DNA of 64,000 nucleotides from the human T2T-CHM13v2.0 reference genome, Homo sapiens (GCF_009914755.1 NC_060946.1); one strand, 5' to 3'; counted from the first letter of the stretch, positions 47,098-62,719 are shown. Notes: generated by a model not told the origin, from the sequence alone. Numbers and translations are program-made.

Positions 47098-47399
47098 GGC
47101 CAGGTGCGGTGGCTCATGCCTGTAATCCCAGCACTTTGGGAGGCCAAGGAGGGCGGATCACAAGGTCAGGAGATCAAGGCCATCCTGGCTAACACGGTGA
47201 AACCCCGTCTCTACTAAAAATACAAAAAATTAGCCGGGCGTGGTGGCAGGTGCCTGTAGTCCCAGCTACTCAGGAGGCTGAGGAAGGAGAACGGAGTGAA
47301 CCTGGGAGGCAGAGCTTGCAGTGAGCTGAGATTGCACCACTGCACTCCAGCCTGGACAACAGAGCAAGACTCTGTCTCAAAAAAAAAAAAAAAAAAAAA
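47098..47399 (+). mobile_element. AluY element
   Basis: TSD aaagca(a/g)tttag. Confidence 0.94.
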
Positions 47400-49331
47400 G
47401 CAGTTTAGGAGCCCTTTTGGTGTCACCCATTTCATAGTTAATTATAATTCAGCTAATGTTCACTAAGCAACTGATTTGGTCGTGGCTCTGTAAAGGGCTG
47501 GAAATGTACAATGATGGATAAGCAAAGAACATATATTTTATGGGGCTTAGAAGCTGGTGAGCTAAGACATAGAATGGCCGAGTCATAACTCCTCCAAGGC
47601 AAGGTCTATCAGTGAATAGTGGATGCCAACCAGCCTGCGGAATTTCTCTCAAAGGCCACCCTCACAGCTTTACATTGTTTTGAGATTGCCTTAAAAATCA
47701 CTGATAGAGTTTTAGATCCTTGCACTGTGTAACCTCCAACTGCTGTGCCCGAGTTTCTGTTCTTGTCCTCTGTGAGAGCTCACTCACCTTGAAAGCAATG
47801 ATATAGGAGTATTCTGAGTTTTTCCATTCCAGAACGCGGTGCTTGGTCCTGGGTTTTACATGTGGGAAGGAGGTAGAAGCTGGCTCAGGGTGTCCATGGT
47901 GACACTCACCTAGTTGTATGGCCAACAGCCTGCAGGCAGGCATGGAGAAAAAGGGACCTTGATGAATTAATGATTGCGCAAACATAGAAATGCGTAAATT
48001 GTAATAAGAAAAATGATGGGACTGACAATTTGCCAATAGGCGAGAAGATTCCAGGAGAATGTGTTTGCCTCTCATTTCAGATGCCTTCTTGAATGAACCC
48101 ACAGTGGCCAACTGAAATGTACAGATTATGTTCCTTCCTCTAGGGAGCTGAGATGCTGTGATTGGCTTTTGAAGATTACTTTCTAAGATATTATAAAAAT
48201 TGTATTTTATTTCCAAGAATTTTTTTTTTTTTTTACAAAATACTTTGTGAATTTTAAACCTTTCTGTAAGGTTACAGAATTATTATTATTCTCTTAGTTT
48301 TCCTATAAGCATAAAGAAGAAAAATGTATTTTTATTGAATTAGAAATAACTAGACAATAGTTGGCCCTTGACATTTTATTTCCTTATGCGAGCTTTGCAA
48401 AAGAACAAAACACATGCTGACGGCCCATGAAGCGCTATTGTAATACATTCTAATTTAAATCAGTAACTGGTTTCTAATCATCTTTATGCTTTATTTTTAT
48501 TTTCTAAGCTATTTGGAAGGCAGTGGTATTATTTAATTTCTATTCAAACTTAATTCTAGTCACTCATGATTATTCATGCTTCAGTTTTCTAATAGCATGC
48601 CATTTATTTTTATTTCAAGCAAAACAATAGTTGATCGCCAGCAGAAAAATATTAAGATGACTATAATTCAATGTATATCCGAGAGACTAGGTTTGTTTTT
48701 CATGATTATGATGACTAAATCTAATCTTCATGGATACATTTCATCAGAGTTGTGGTCAAAATTATATTTGGTCATTTGGTAGGGCCCTATGTTAATGATG
48801 TACTAATAAGCAGAAATGACACTTATTGGGATTAGTGTGGCACTATGGAATATTTTGATTGCTTAGGTCAGTGTTGATACATTCTTAGAAACTTCCTGTC
48901 TGTCCTGTGCTTCATGGCTTTACTCTTAGAAATCCTTGTGGTTCTCAGAAGCCCAGAAGCTGGTGGACTCACCTCCTGCCCTTGAGAGGCATGCTGTTGT
49001 GGCTGCGCAACAGTCCTTGGTACAGTGAAAAGGAAATGCTTTTAATGCTGATGAACTGTTCCCAACATTCCTGTGTTACCTGCCCCATGTTTCATTTTCT
49101 AATGAGTAGAATCCTTCGCCTCTGTCATTACCACTTTGCTGCTGAAGTTAACATGAAAGATATTATTCTCAGTATCATGCCCCACTTTGATGTGATGGGC
49201 TAAAGCTATAATTTGTGTTTAGGAACAAACTATGATAAAATAGTGAGATATCAGGTGTCTGCACTCAAAGTTCTCAAAGCCTGCATGGCATTTGGGGCAC
49301 TCTTATTAAAGATTATTCTCTTTCTGTTTAG

Positions 49332-49426
49332 CCAGCAAATATTCTCTTGGATGAACATGGACACGCAAGAATATCAGATCTTGGTCTTGCCTGCGATTTT
49401 TCCAAAAAGAAGCCTCATGCGAGTGT
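49332..49426 (+). CDS. GRK3: GRK3 exon 12 ([31 protein letters not shown](V))
   Basis: ctgtttag|CCAGCA...GAGTGT|gtaagt; 95 nt; GRK-type DLG motif. Confidence 0.98.
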
Positions 49427-51062
49427 GTAAGTAGTGCGTCAACTTCAGTTCACCACCATTTCTCTCCTGCCCTTTCAAAGGCGTGGCCATTTGTCACCCC
49501 ATTTCTCTTACCAGTGGTGATTTTCAATATGTCAGGAAGATCCAACATCACAGGTCGTGGGAAAGGAGATAAGAACAGGATGCCTTCCTCACTGTCTGCG
49601 GAGAGCAGGAATTAACCCACAGTGGAGTTGAACCTGCTCAGGGACCAGGGTGGCCTCTCAGAAACAGTCAGGACCTCAGCAAAAAATCAGAATCCATGCT
49701 ACCTGTGTGACCCTAAAAGTCAGTCAGTTACTTAGTCTGTTAGTAATGGTAGTAATAAACCCCTCAAAGTTGTCCTAAGGATAAGTGAAAGAGACTGTGC
49801 CTAGAAAGGCACCGGGGCAGCTGCGTGGATGTGGTCAAGGGAGGTCCTCGGGGCCAAGTTTCTGTCTTCATCTACTTTTCCTTCTTTTTCAAAAAGGCTT
49901 TTCTTCTTTTTTTTTTCCCTGAAGAGAAATTAGGAATATTTCTTTCTTTCTTTTTTAATTAAAGAAACAAATCATCTGCTTGCAGTTTAGGCTTTCACTG
50001 CAGGCCATATTGTTAGACTTGGGTCTTGCACCAGGTCCTCTACGTGATCACCCAGAGGGAACTCTTGAGGCCACAGCTCTCAGCCAGCACCTGACACCTC
50101 GGGGACACCAGACTGCTTCTGGGTGTGGCCCTGCTTGATCAGTGCAAGTTGGCCCTGACCTGAGGACTTCTCTCTGTACTCGGGGTTGTTAAAAAGACAG
50201 CAGGACTAGGGCAGTTCCCCCGGGGCTCTGCAGAAACACCATGGAACGTGCACTGGTTTTCATTTCTGTTTCTTTGGTAGGTGATGATCTGGGTGGAAAG
50301 TATGAACACATGTACAGTTTGTGGAAAAGCAGACAACTTTTGCTTTATTTTGTCTTTTTAGATGTCTCCTCCTTAGCACTGAATCTTTTAAAATTACATT
50401 TTATTGACATCTTAAGCTAACATTCATCTCTGTGTTGACTGGTCTTGAAAAAAAACTCCCAGTGGTCTCATTTCATGCATCTGTGCAGAAAATAAACCAC
50501 AGATCCTTCTCTTTGTGTAACTAGAAGTAAAGTGGTTCTGAACTGCAATACTTTATGAAGGACTGCATTAAATCAAAATTGCCTTTTAAAGCTCTGATCA
50601 AATGTTAATAGTGAATAGCACCGTTTCTGTAAACATATTTCTCTTTTTCTACAGAATCTGGGATATGGTGATAAAAGCATTAGCATTTTGCTAGCACTTT
50701 ACAATTATTAGGCCAGAACCTGTGGTCGTATAAGCGTCTCTCAGGGAGTTCATCAGATTCTTTTAAGAGAGTCATTTGAATTTTTAATGCCACAGTTATT
50801 TGGTATGCTAATTTTTTCAGTTTAGTATAGTCATAACTAAATATGAATCCAAGAGTTCATAAGAAATAATCTTCCAGAGGAATTAACTTTCAGATATGGG
50901 GTTATTTATTTCCTAGCAGGACCTAGTCCACTTTTTGCTATAATTCACATGTCAGCTCTGAACGGTGGGCTGTTCTTTTGCCTGCTCTGGATAGTACAAT
51001 ATTTGAACAGCATCTGTAAAGAGGTAGGACTGAGAAGGTTGGTTTCCATGTTTAAATAATGA

Positions 51063-51410
<348 letters not shown>

Positions 51411-51446
51411 AAAATCCTGTATTTTTAAATAAAGGAGGCATTTTGT

Positions 51447-51960
51447 GGCTAGGAATAAAGGCTCTGGAGCCAACAGATCTGGGTTTGGGTTCTTCTTCCT
51501 AGTTGTGTCAGCCTCATTGTCCCTTCTGTGAGGAGGAGAGGACAATGATATTTATCTCCTGTGATAGTTGTGAGGATTAAGTTAACTAAATAATTCAGCA
51601 AGTCTTTATTTAACATTTGCTGTGTGCCAGCTGCTGGCGATGCCACGGTAAGACAGAGCTGACCTCAGACCTCCTCGAACGAGCAGCCCTGAGAACTGTG
51701 TCCCCTAAGTGACCAGCATATGGAGTAGTGGCGGTACCAGCAGCATTCACTGTGTCACTCACTGAATATCCAGCTGTTCCAGGCTTGCATATGTCATCTT
51801 CACGGAAAGCCCATGTATTTATAGGTGTCACTATCCAATTTTTGTGGTATGGAAATTGAGGTTCAGAGAAAGTAAGTAACTTGAACCAGGTCACATGGCT
51901 GGTATGCCATGGGGCTAGAATTATAATCCAGTTCTGTCTGATTCCAAAGCCTGTACTCTT
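51447..51960. mobile_element. Two MIR fragments in opposite orientation (~51447-51610 +, ~51780-51960 -)
   Basis: ggctctggagccaacagatctgggttt..ttgtgaggattaa; gaaattgaggttcagagaaagtaagtaacttgaaccaggtcaca. Confidence 0.7.
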
Positions 51961-52917
51961 TACGCTGTGTGGATGAACTCCCTGAGGCTTTGGCATGATC
52001 TATTTAGTACAAGACGGAAGATTTTTAGCCACAATTTCACCCTGAACTTGGTTTCTCAGATCTTTTCAAAGCTGTAGATGTGATTCTTAGATTTCTTCCA
52101 GCGGCTGGCCCATCTCCAAAGTAGTATTGTAGTTGAGGTTTTTGATTTGAGCTTAGACTTAGTCCATTTAACGAAAGAATCGCAAATTATTGTAAACTAG
52201 AAGTTAACTGTGAAGTAGCCATGAAAAAATCGCAGGAAAACTTTTGGAGCTGAGCAGATTGTCAGTGACTAATTTGAGTACTAGCTTATTTTATCTAAGA
52301 ACACAAAGCTGTGTCTCATGTCACAGTGTCTTAAAACGTCCAAGTGTTCGTTCAGTATTAATAGTAGTACAGATCTTTAGCAGAATGCGTCAGGAAGCAT
52401 TAGCAGCTGCCTTAGGCAGAATCAGAAAACCTCAGCAGCAGGCAGTCCAAGGTTGAGTTTTCCTTGTATGTGGTAAAAGCATGGGGGGCTGGTCTGCATT
52501 CATTTATCTTATTTATCCTGTAGATATCTATTGTAGATATCTTTCCATTCCAGAACTGTGACTTGATCCTGATAAGTACAGGTTACAAAGTCACGGAAAA
52601 GGACTTTCCAGGCAACCCTGAAATTAAACCTTCCCGGAAAATGGCTTGGATGTCCCTCATAGAAATCTCCAACGCTCTCACAGCGTGGCCTGATGACCTT
52701 ACCCTGTCAAACTTTAGGTTCGGGCTGATTGAGCTTTCCAGAATGCTGGATTTGCCCTGATGGACCAACGCCCATTTTCACTGTTGGATAAAACTCTCAA
52801 ATACACCTCTTAGACAGAGAGTACCAGACCCATGATGACCCAGGCTTATTAGTGATCCAGGATCATTTATTCTGAGTAGATTCTCACTGTTGCTGAGCAT
52901 AAGCAAGTTAAAAATTC

Positions 52918-53233
<316 letters not shown>

Positions 53234-54249
53234 TAAAAATTCTTACACTAAGATAAGCACAGAGATGCAAATCCCCAACACGAATCCAGTGGCTGCTGTA
53301 TGTGGCCCCATGACGTTTGTGCAGTGCTCACAGCAACCCTGAGAGGTAGAGATGTCATCTGATTACCCATTTTACTGATGAAGAAAATTAATCGTGGATG
53401 AAAAGGTTGTAGGGCATACAACCTTTTGCCAGAGCCCTGTCAGGCTGCATCTTGGAAAGTTCCCCACCGGCTGCCTCGCATGCTTCCTGCTGCAGCCGGG
53501 CAAGCTCAGCCCTTCAAGGAGGGGTGGAGAGTGCTAGAGTGGGAAGGGCTTTCGAATTGCAGATGGTGCAGATTATATATAAAATGGTTGTCCTCCTAAG
53601 TGATTTTTCTCAACTTCCTGAAAATCATCTTCACATTTGCTTAGTGCTGAGTCCTTTTGACCTTCTGCAGCTTTTGAAACCTGACACGTGATTTCTCCAT
53701 CTTATGTACAACTGGGCTCATGTTCCTCCTTCTTTCCCATCCCCCTGGGGTCTGTTGGTGACCATGACCAAGCCGATGCCCCTGTGAGCTCAGGTCCTCA
53801 GCACAATTGGTGGCACCACACAGGGGTGGACGTCTCCATGCCTTCAAGGTCCACAGCGCCGCAGCGTGGTCGCCTGTTCATCATCCGTTCACTCCTCCCT
53901 TTCCCTGCCTCCCCTGACCCCATGCACCTCCACATGAGAGCTCCTGAAACGGCAGGAGAACCTTTGCTCTTCATAGCTGGAGTAGAGAAGGACTAATGAG
54001 ATCCCGAACTTGCATTTTACATATTTATTTCATACGCTTATTTATGTTAATTCATACATGAGTGAAGGCAGAAAAGATCGTTTTCCCATTGGATGTTCAG
54101 TGCATCACGTTTGCGGTGAAGCACAACTGTCCCCTCTCCTTTGTTTACAGTCGCTGCCATCTAATGAAGGACACCCGGACCTTGGGGCGCTGTTAGTGTT
54201 TTCTAAAGTGGGCATGCTCTGATAACTGTGTATACTTTCTTCTCCCTAG

Positions 54250-54357
54250 TGGCACCCATGGGTACATGGCTCCCGAGGTGCTGCAGAAGGGGACGGCCTA
54301 TGACAGCAGTGCCGACTGGTTCTCCCTGGGCTGCATGCTTTTCAAACTTCTGAGAGG
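54250..54357 (+). CDS. GRK3: GRK3 exon 13 ((V)[35 protein letters not shown](G))
   Basis: tctccctag|TGGCAC...GAGAGG|gtgagt; 108 nt. Confidence 0.98.
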
Positions 54358-54790
54358 GTGAGTTGAAATGCATCCTTCTAGTGCTGTCCTCATGGCAGCA
54401 GGAGCTTGGATGAAAACTGAGAATATGTAGAAATGACTAGACGCTAATGTTATTTTAAATCACACAGTGATCTTTAAGCCATGTGCTAATCTGGAAGACT
54501 CTGTCTTAGAAGAGTGAAAGCTGCTTCCCAATAAGCTGCTAGATAAAAGCTTATGGCTTCGTATTTTTATTCTGTACCATGTAGGAATCAGAATTCTTTT
54601 AAACCTAAAATTAGACTGCTTCGAATTTTTTTCTTTGATAAGCCACATTGTAGGAATAAGTATTGTTTTGAAATGTAGGTAATTTAAAAAGGTAGAATGA
54701 TTTTTTCCCTAGAAATTAATTATTCATCATCTTGAGGGTTTACAGATTTTGAGAGTTACAAAAAAAGGATGAAAACCCAAAGTAAACCTA

Positions 54791-55422
54791 TTTTATTTTA
54801 TTTTGTTTTGTTTTTAGACAAGTTCTCTCTCTGTTGCCTGGCTGCAGTGTAGTCACACAGACATCACACACACAGGCTCACTGTAGCCTCGACCTCCTGG
54901 GCTCAAGCAATCCTTCCACCTCAACCTCAGTCTCCTGAGTAGCTGGGACTACAGGCACACACCATCACACCCGGCTAATTTTTTTTTTTTTTTTTTTTGA
55001 GACGTCTCGCTCTGTCTCCCAGGCTGGAGTGCAGTGGCACATCTCTGCTCACTGCAAGCTCCGCCTCCCGGGTTCACGCCATTCTCCTGCCTCAGCCTCC
55101 TGCGTAGCTGGGACTACAGGCGCCTGCCACCACGCCAGGCTAATTTTTTGTATTTTTTCAGTAGAGACGGGGTTTCATGATGTTAGCCAGGATGGTCTCG
55201 ATCTCCTGACTGGGTGATCCGCCTGCCTTGGCCTCCCAAAGTGCTGGGATTACAGGTATGAGCCACCGCGTCCGGCCTACACCCAGCTAATTTTTTAATG
55301 TTTTTAGAGGTGAGGTCTTGCCATGTTGCCCAGGCTGGTCTCGAACTCCTGGCCTCAAGCCATCCTCCCACCTCAGCCTCCCAAAGTGCTGGGATTAAAC
55401 GCCTAAGCCACCACACCTAGCC
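54791..55422 (-). mobile_element. AluJ split by a nested AluY (54979-55277)
   Basis: Inner TSD acaccc(g/a)gctaatttt; outer TSD gtaaacc(t/c)atttta. Confidence 0.92.
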
Positions 55423-57199
55423 GGTAAACCCATTTTAAAAAGCTTGCGTTTGTTGGGGAAAATGCTGAAATTAATTTGTCTTTTAAAGCTAGTAGTATAC
55501 TTGGCCCTTGTTCTGAACTACCAAAGATGATGAAATAGAGTAGAAAAGATTATGAGAGGAAAGTACTCTCAAAATATGTTCTCATATTAAACACTTAACA
55601 ATTATGTTAATGTTGCCATTAATTCTAAGACTTTTAGCCAATTTTAATGGAAAACTTCAGTTAAATTTTTTTATTATTCAGACTCATAAATCATTTTACA
55701 TTAAAATTTCCTAGTTAAGATTTTCCTTTTAATATTTTCATATGAACACAGTCCCGATAGTTTGCTAAATGTTGCACCTTTCCATCGGAGAGCCTAACTG
55801 AGCACCACTGCATCTTACTACATTTAGCACATTCTGGAGAGAGGCTGAATTCTACATTCCCCCAAAACTAGGTTCTGAGCACCCTCTGTTTCGTCAGGAC
55901 TCTGATAATCCAGTTGCTCTCTACTTTGCATTCACTTGTGATCTAAAATTGTATTATTGCTTAGAAAGTCGGGTTCTGTTATTCCTTAATTGAATTATTG
56001 TATTTGTGGAGCCTGGATGGCTTTAATTCATGTCATCAGACTAGCTGACCTAATTAGAGAGTTTATCTAAGCAAACCAGAGAAAGCCATTTCCCCTATGA
56101 GATGCTGTTCTCCCCAGTGGAGTCGCTTCTATGCATATGGAGTGCATGAAGACACCCAGGAGATCTTTATTTTGGATCTCTGCTGGAGATGTGGTTGGAG
56201 ACAGACAGTCCCTACCTACAGAATTTGGAGATGATAAAAAGAAAACTGTGCAACAGCTGAACTGTTGAATGTAAAAATCAGCAGTAAAATCTGACAATCC
56301 CAGAAGCCTTGTATTTAGGGCTTTGTGTACTTCTTTGTTTTGTTACTCTAGCTGTTAAAATGGCCATGCATATAGGCTGGGGAGGATTTGCTGTAACACT
56401 GCTTCATTTTTTAAAAGACTAGAGGGTTTTGTTCAATAACTCTGTCTGCTCCAACAGTGTGGTTTGTGGCTAATAAAATGAATTCAGTCTTATTTGGCTG
56501 TAATTCAGCTTTGGCATACTGAACTGGAAGATATTAATTCCTTTGTGAAGTCCTTGATTGGCCTTGATGGAAGCATTATGTTCAGTGGGGCTCCTGCCGA
56601 AAAGAGTCTTGACAGACAGGAAGACATCCTGAGGATGGCCGTGAGGCTGGGAGGGATGGATGAGATAAGTGGAGAGTGGTGAAATAGCTAGAAATGATGG
56701 CCTCCGTGGGAAGACTGAAAGAGCTGAGTGCAGAACTTAGGGGAGCGCATGGTTGGCTCCAGCTGCTGGAAGGCCGTCTTGTTGAAGGGATCATATGCAT
56801 GCTGTGTAACTCCAGAGGGATGCATTTTGAGGAGAAAAAAGATTTCAGTTTAATACAAGAATGTCCAGTCATTTGAGCTACCCAGTGAAGGAGGGTTCTG
56901 CCTCATGGATAGCAGGCTCCTTGTCACTGTCTGGTGACCATCGATTGAGCCTGAAATGGAAGGAATCTTTCCAGTGCTTGATAGATAGGATTAGATGAAT
57001 CTCCCCCACTAGGATTTATTATCTCATGCCATTCCTTCTATTGTTTGTTCAGAAGTCACTCACAGATAGGATATAGCACTGGAGCCAAAGAGCAGGAAAC
57101 ATTTTTGACTTAAGTGATTTAAATTAAATGTGATAAGCATTTACTGCGTACCTGCAATGTACAAGAGACTGCTTGATGCTGTGGGGGAAGGAAAGGAGT

Positions 57200-57436
57200 A
57201 AGGAAGGAAAAAAGGAGAGGGAGGGAGGAAGGGAGGAAGGAGAGGGAGGGAGGAGGGAAGGAAGAAAGGAGGAAGGAGAGGGAGGAAGGAAGGAAGGAAG
57301 AAGGGAGAGAGGAAGAGAGGGAGGGAGAAAGAAAGGGAAGGAGGAAGGGAGGGAAGGAAGGAGGAAGGAAGAAGAGGGAAGAAAGGGAGAAAAGGGAAGG
57401 AAGGAAGGGAGAGAAAGAAGGAAGGAAGGAAGGAAG
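57200..57436. repeat. Pure-purine (GGAA/GGAG) low-complexity tract, 237 nt
   Basis: No C or T between 57200 and 57436. Confidence 0.97.
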
Positions 57437-58534
57437 CCAACCAGCCAGCCAGGAAGGGAGCCACACAAAATCTTTGAGGGATAGGCAGTCTAGGAGAGTA
57501 GCTATTGATATACACACCGGATCAGGAGCTGGCTGAGCTGTGCTAACTTTGACAGTAGCGATGTGCTGCGAGCACAGACATGGCAGAACCAATTCTAACC
57601 TGGAAGTGTAGGGTTGACATCATGTGGGAGATGGTCTGTCGGGTAGGCTTTGAAGATAGGTAGGATGACAATACAAAGCCTGGGAGCAGGGGAAATACCA
57701 GCTTTCTATGTTTCTTAAGAGGGAAGGAGTGCTGAGGGAGAAGTCTCAGATGGTTGGGTCAGCACTGGGAGGACCTCGGATGCAGTGCTGGGAAGTTTGA
57801 CCTTTATCCTCCAGGCCCCGAGGCTGAAAGCTTTTCAGCGGAGCAGTGGCAGGGTTGGGTGGCTTTTCAGTAAGATGATTCTGGAAGCAGCCTGGAGCAA
57901 TGGAGGAACCGAGACAGGAGGCAGGCAGAAGAATGTGAGCAAAAGGCAGTGAGTTTGCGCAGCAGCCCTGGAACCTGACAGGAGCAAATGACATGGCGGC
58001 ATTGCAGAGTTAGCTTCTGTAACGCTTCAGTGTTTTCGTGGAGTGTGTTTTGTTTTTGTTTTTTTATAGATGGTTGGATATGGAAGGATAGAAGTTAAAC
58101 ATGCTGCAATTTAGATTCAAGATGATTGGGAGAATAACGATGTCATTACTAAAATCAGCGTCTGTAAAATTTCAGTGGTTCACATGAAACTGAAGTGTAC
58201 GGAGGGCCTTTCAGGAGCAAAACCCTGTGGCGAGGCGGGCAGGAGGTGGGACTGTGTGCAGGAGCCCTCACTGCCTCAGCTGTGAACAAGGGGATAATGC
58301 CACCTGTTCTACTTCCTCACAAAGTTGCATGTGGGAGAACCTCAAAAATATGCCTGTCAGCCTCCTGTGCATTTTTCCTGTGTTGTATAGAAGGGAGCCC
58401 CTGGCAGCTGTCTTTTCTCAGGCACACGGGGCCTAAGAAATCAACTGAGTGGAGGAGGAGATTGACTAGGCAGGGTCTCTGAGGCACAGGCTTGGGCACA
58501 GTCCCCTCTGCATCCTGACACTCCTGGGGCGCCT

Positions 58535-59140
<606 letters not shown>

Positions 59141-59707
59141 GCTCTGTTTTCTGTTTTAATCCTCCTTGCTGTGACCAGCGTGCCCCCTTGCTTCTGCTGA
59201 AACACCTTTCTGCACACTTCATTTTGTCTTTATCCCCTACAAGAATACTGCAAGGCACTTGGAGAAGGAGTCTGGATGGGAGAAAGATGTCAAGGCTTCA
59301 GAAGGTGTTTTGCATCCCTGGACTCACAGTGATTGACTGAGCCGCTCATATGTGCTATCTTTGAGTGCTGGTCACTACTTCTATTTCAGATGACTTTGTC
59401 AGATACTTAAGAGCGTCTGTGTAGGAAGATGCATCCATGTTGCAAATCTGTGGAGCTGCCATCATGATCTTCACCTAGATTTAAGATGTCTGTTAAGGAA
59501 ATCAATTGATGTGACAGTGGCCTCGATCTTAAGCTTGTCACCGTTGATTGTCTCCCCGTGGAGTTGTCAGACATGAGGGAGAGCCTGGGCAGTGGCCTAG
59601 GGAGAACTGAGTGCTGCTGGCGCTATTGAGTTTGTTCCAGGAGGGGAAAAAGGAAAGTTTATAAATATTTTGGCAACTACTGGCTTAGGTTTGAAATGCA
59701 CATTTAA

Positions 59708-60026
<319 letters not shown>

Positions 60027-61879
60027 TCTTTTGGGTATTTTGAAATTAACTTTTGATGTGAGAGTTTTTAATCACATAATTTTTTGAACCCATTGTTTGC
60101 CCATGAAAATGATGTAGAGCTAACTTGGGCAGGATGTGTGTTTTCCCATCATTTATAATGTCCTGAACAATTTTCCAACTCATTTAGGGGAAACGTGCAG
60201 CTGTTCCATTCTATCTGTAGTTCAGAAAGCTGCACTTGACCACAGGACATGTGAATTCTTTTCCCACAACGCTCCCTGATGCAGCCAGCATGTTGCATGG
60301 GAAGAGCTTGGCCGTGCCTTGTAAGCTGTTGACAGGCCTGTTACTGTCTCCTATTTAAAGCGGCTGCATCAGGGAGCAGCTGCGATCACACAGGATCTGT
60401 GCACACCACGTGCCTCACTCAGAATGGAGATTATTACTATCATAGGTTTTCTTTAACGTTTTTCAAAATAGAAACCAAGTCTTTGGCTTTGTTCACAAAG
60501 AATAATCAAGAATATATTGGAAACAGATGTGCATCAAGATTTCAACTTGAAAGACCAAACTGTCTGAACATGGCAGCATAGACTTGAATAGCTGAAGAGC
60601 ATTTTCTGATAATTTCTCATTGAGCCGGACATGGAATCGCTATATTTATAAATGGAATTTGTAGCAATGGGGCCCATGTGCTGGAAATGGTTTTGGCACC
60701 ACTAACTTTAACTCCAAGTCCCCTCGCAAGCCTCCCTGTGGTCTCATGAAAGACTTTTTAAATTTAGCACAGAGCGCTTGTGTCAGAACACAGCAGGCTG
60801 CAAGTACATCGGGACCAGATGCAGGAGTGGGGTCCTCTGGCTTTGCACGCAGGAGCCAGGTCCGAGGGATTTGTCAAAACACCAGGAGATCTTCACTTAA
60901 TCCCTTTTTATACATTAAGGAACATCGTCGGGTGGAAACAGCTAAGTGTCAAGCAGGGAGACTAAGGTTTTCATAAGATTTGATAAACTTTCATTCCTTT
61001 TCTCTGCAACCTCAAACATGTTAATATTTCTGTGCATTTTGTATAAAAGAATGATACAAGTATGTTTTTAAAAATTATAAATAACAGATATTGTTTGCTT
61101 TTATATCTGCTTTTTAAATGTGGTAATTGTACATTTTTTCCTTGGAAATAAGGCAAAAAGAATATTTCCAATCAAAATCTGTTTTAAAAGTTAACAAATG
61201 CTTGCTGGGTGCTAATTTACCTTGTTTTGATCTTTTTTTTTTTTCCCAAATTAATGCTTTTAAGAGATGGCAATTAGTTTGTGTTTCACTGCATGATATG
61301 GAAGGAAATAAAGGACTAGAGTGCCCTCTCTTGTACAAAAAGAAAATTAAAGTGTTTCAGACAATAAATGGCCTGAAATGTAATAATCTCAAAAGATAGT
61401 TCAATGTATAACCTAATTAATTCAGTAGGATGACCAGCTCAGTAGCAGTAAGTAGCAGTGCAAGATAAGTGGCATTTTAATTCTTTTTTAGAATCTCTGA
61501 TTTATGTGTTCAACATTCTAATCCATTTTATGGAGTTAATATTAAAATATTTTGCATAATATCCTGCCTGCCTCAGATTATGTCATATATGCCTTATAAA
61601 TAAATTTATAAGATGACTACTTTGTAGGCACATCTTGTTATAAGAAAAGTCAATCATATGTGTCCCTTTAATTTTCAAAATGAAAAATAAACCATGGTAA
61701 TTTAGTTTGCATATTTAATAGTGTCTTTTAATGATAAGATTTCCTTTGAAAGCCAGCTTCTCCAAAGTTTTTAAAACATGAGAGTGAGAATAATCTGTTT
61801 TACATAGTTCACCAAGTAGACATTCATTTCATAAAGTAAGAGTTATCTTTATTAATTTCACCAGTGGTTACTGTATTAG

Positions 61880-62070
61880 GTACCTACCGTGTACTGCCAT
61901 TGTCTTGGCTACTTGCATAGATGTCACTTTAGTTTTTCCCTTCACTGCTTCTGTGAAGTATGCGGCTTGATCCCCGCTTTACAGATGAAGAATTGATACT
62001 GAAGGTTTCTATGTGGCTGACAGTCACTAAACCAACAAGTCACAACTTGAACCCAGCTTTTCTGACTCTG
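61880..62070 (-). mobile_element. MIR fragment
   Basis: ccccgctttacagatgaagaattgat..acttgaacccagcttttctgactc. Confidence 0.65.
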
Positions 62071-62652
62071 GAGTCGGGTTCTGCACAGGGAAAACAGGAA
62101 GCGCTCAGAGCTGTGGAGAATCTGCTGGTGCACGGTTAGTTTCTGTTTTCATCAAAGGGATGTATTACTTAAAATGACTGGTTTCTAGGGGTGAATCATT
62201 TCATCTCCTTCATGTTTTGGTTCAACTGCTGTTCCTTGGGCTGTTTGAGGGACCAATATCCATTTTTCTGAAAAATGTACATGAAAGTTATTGTTTAGCT
62301 CGAACTCTCATATGACAAATGTTATATAAATGACTTTTATTCTCATGATTACCTGTTGGCTAGTTATATATTCTTTTCTAATGATGTTTCCATTGGAACA
62401 GCGTATTTTAGGGCCACAAGTTCACTGAAGTGAGATTCAGGCAGTTCAAGTAAGATACAAGTCTTGCTATTTCAGGACCTAGCATTTATTCACCAGTTCT
62501 TCCATGGAAATGATAAATGTTTACGGCTTTTGCATTTCTCCAGTTTTGAATGAATAGTGATAGGACATCATACTTTACCCAAATATTAGTCAGTGATATG
62601 TTCTATATCACCTGATGCCATATTTTGATAGAACAATTCTTTATTTCTACAG

Positions 62653-62719
62653 TCACAGCCCTTTCAGACAACATAAAACCAAAGACAAGCATGAAATTGA
62701 CCGAATGACACTCACCGTG
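62653..62719 (+). CDS. GRK3: GRK3 exon 14 ((G)[22 protein letters not shown])
   Basis: tttctacag|TCACAG...ACCGTG|gtaagg; 67 nt. Confidence 0.97.

Noticed and set aside
47698-48216. 172-aa minus-strand ORF
   Set aside because: Non-ATG start, no recognisable domain, antisense within an intron; compatible with chance.
49377-49385. DLG in place of DFG in the GRK3 kinase domain
   Set aside because: Normal for the GRK family.
57119-57592. Overlapping 100-157 aa ORFs
   Set aside because: The low-complexity purine tract cannot contain stop codons.
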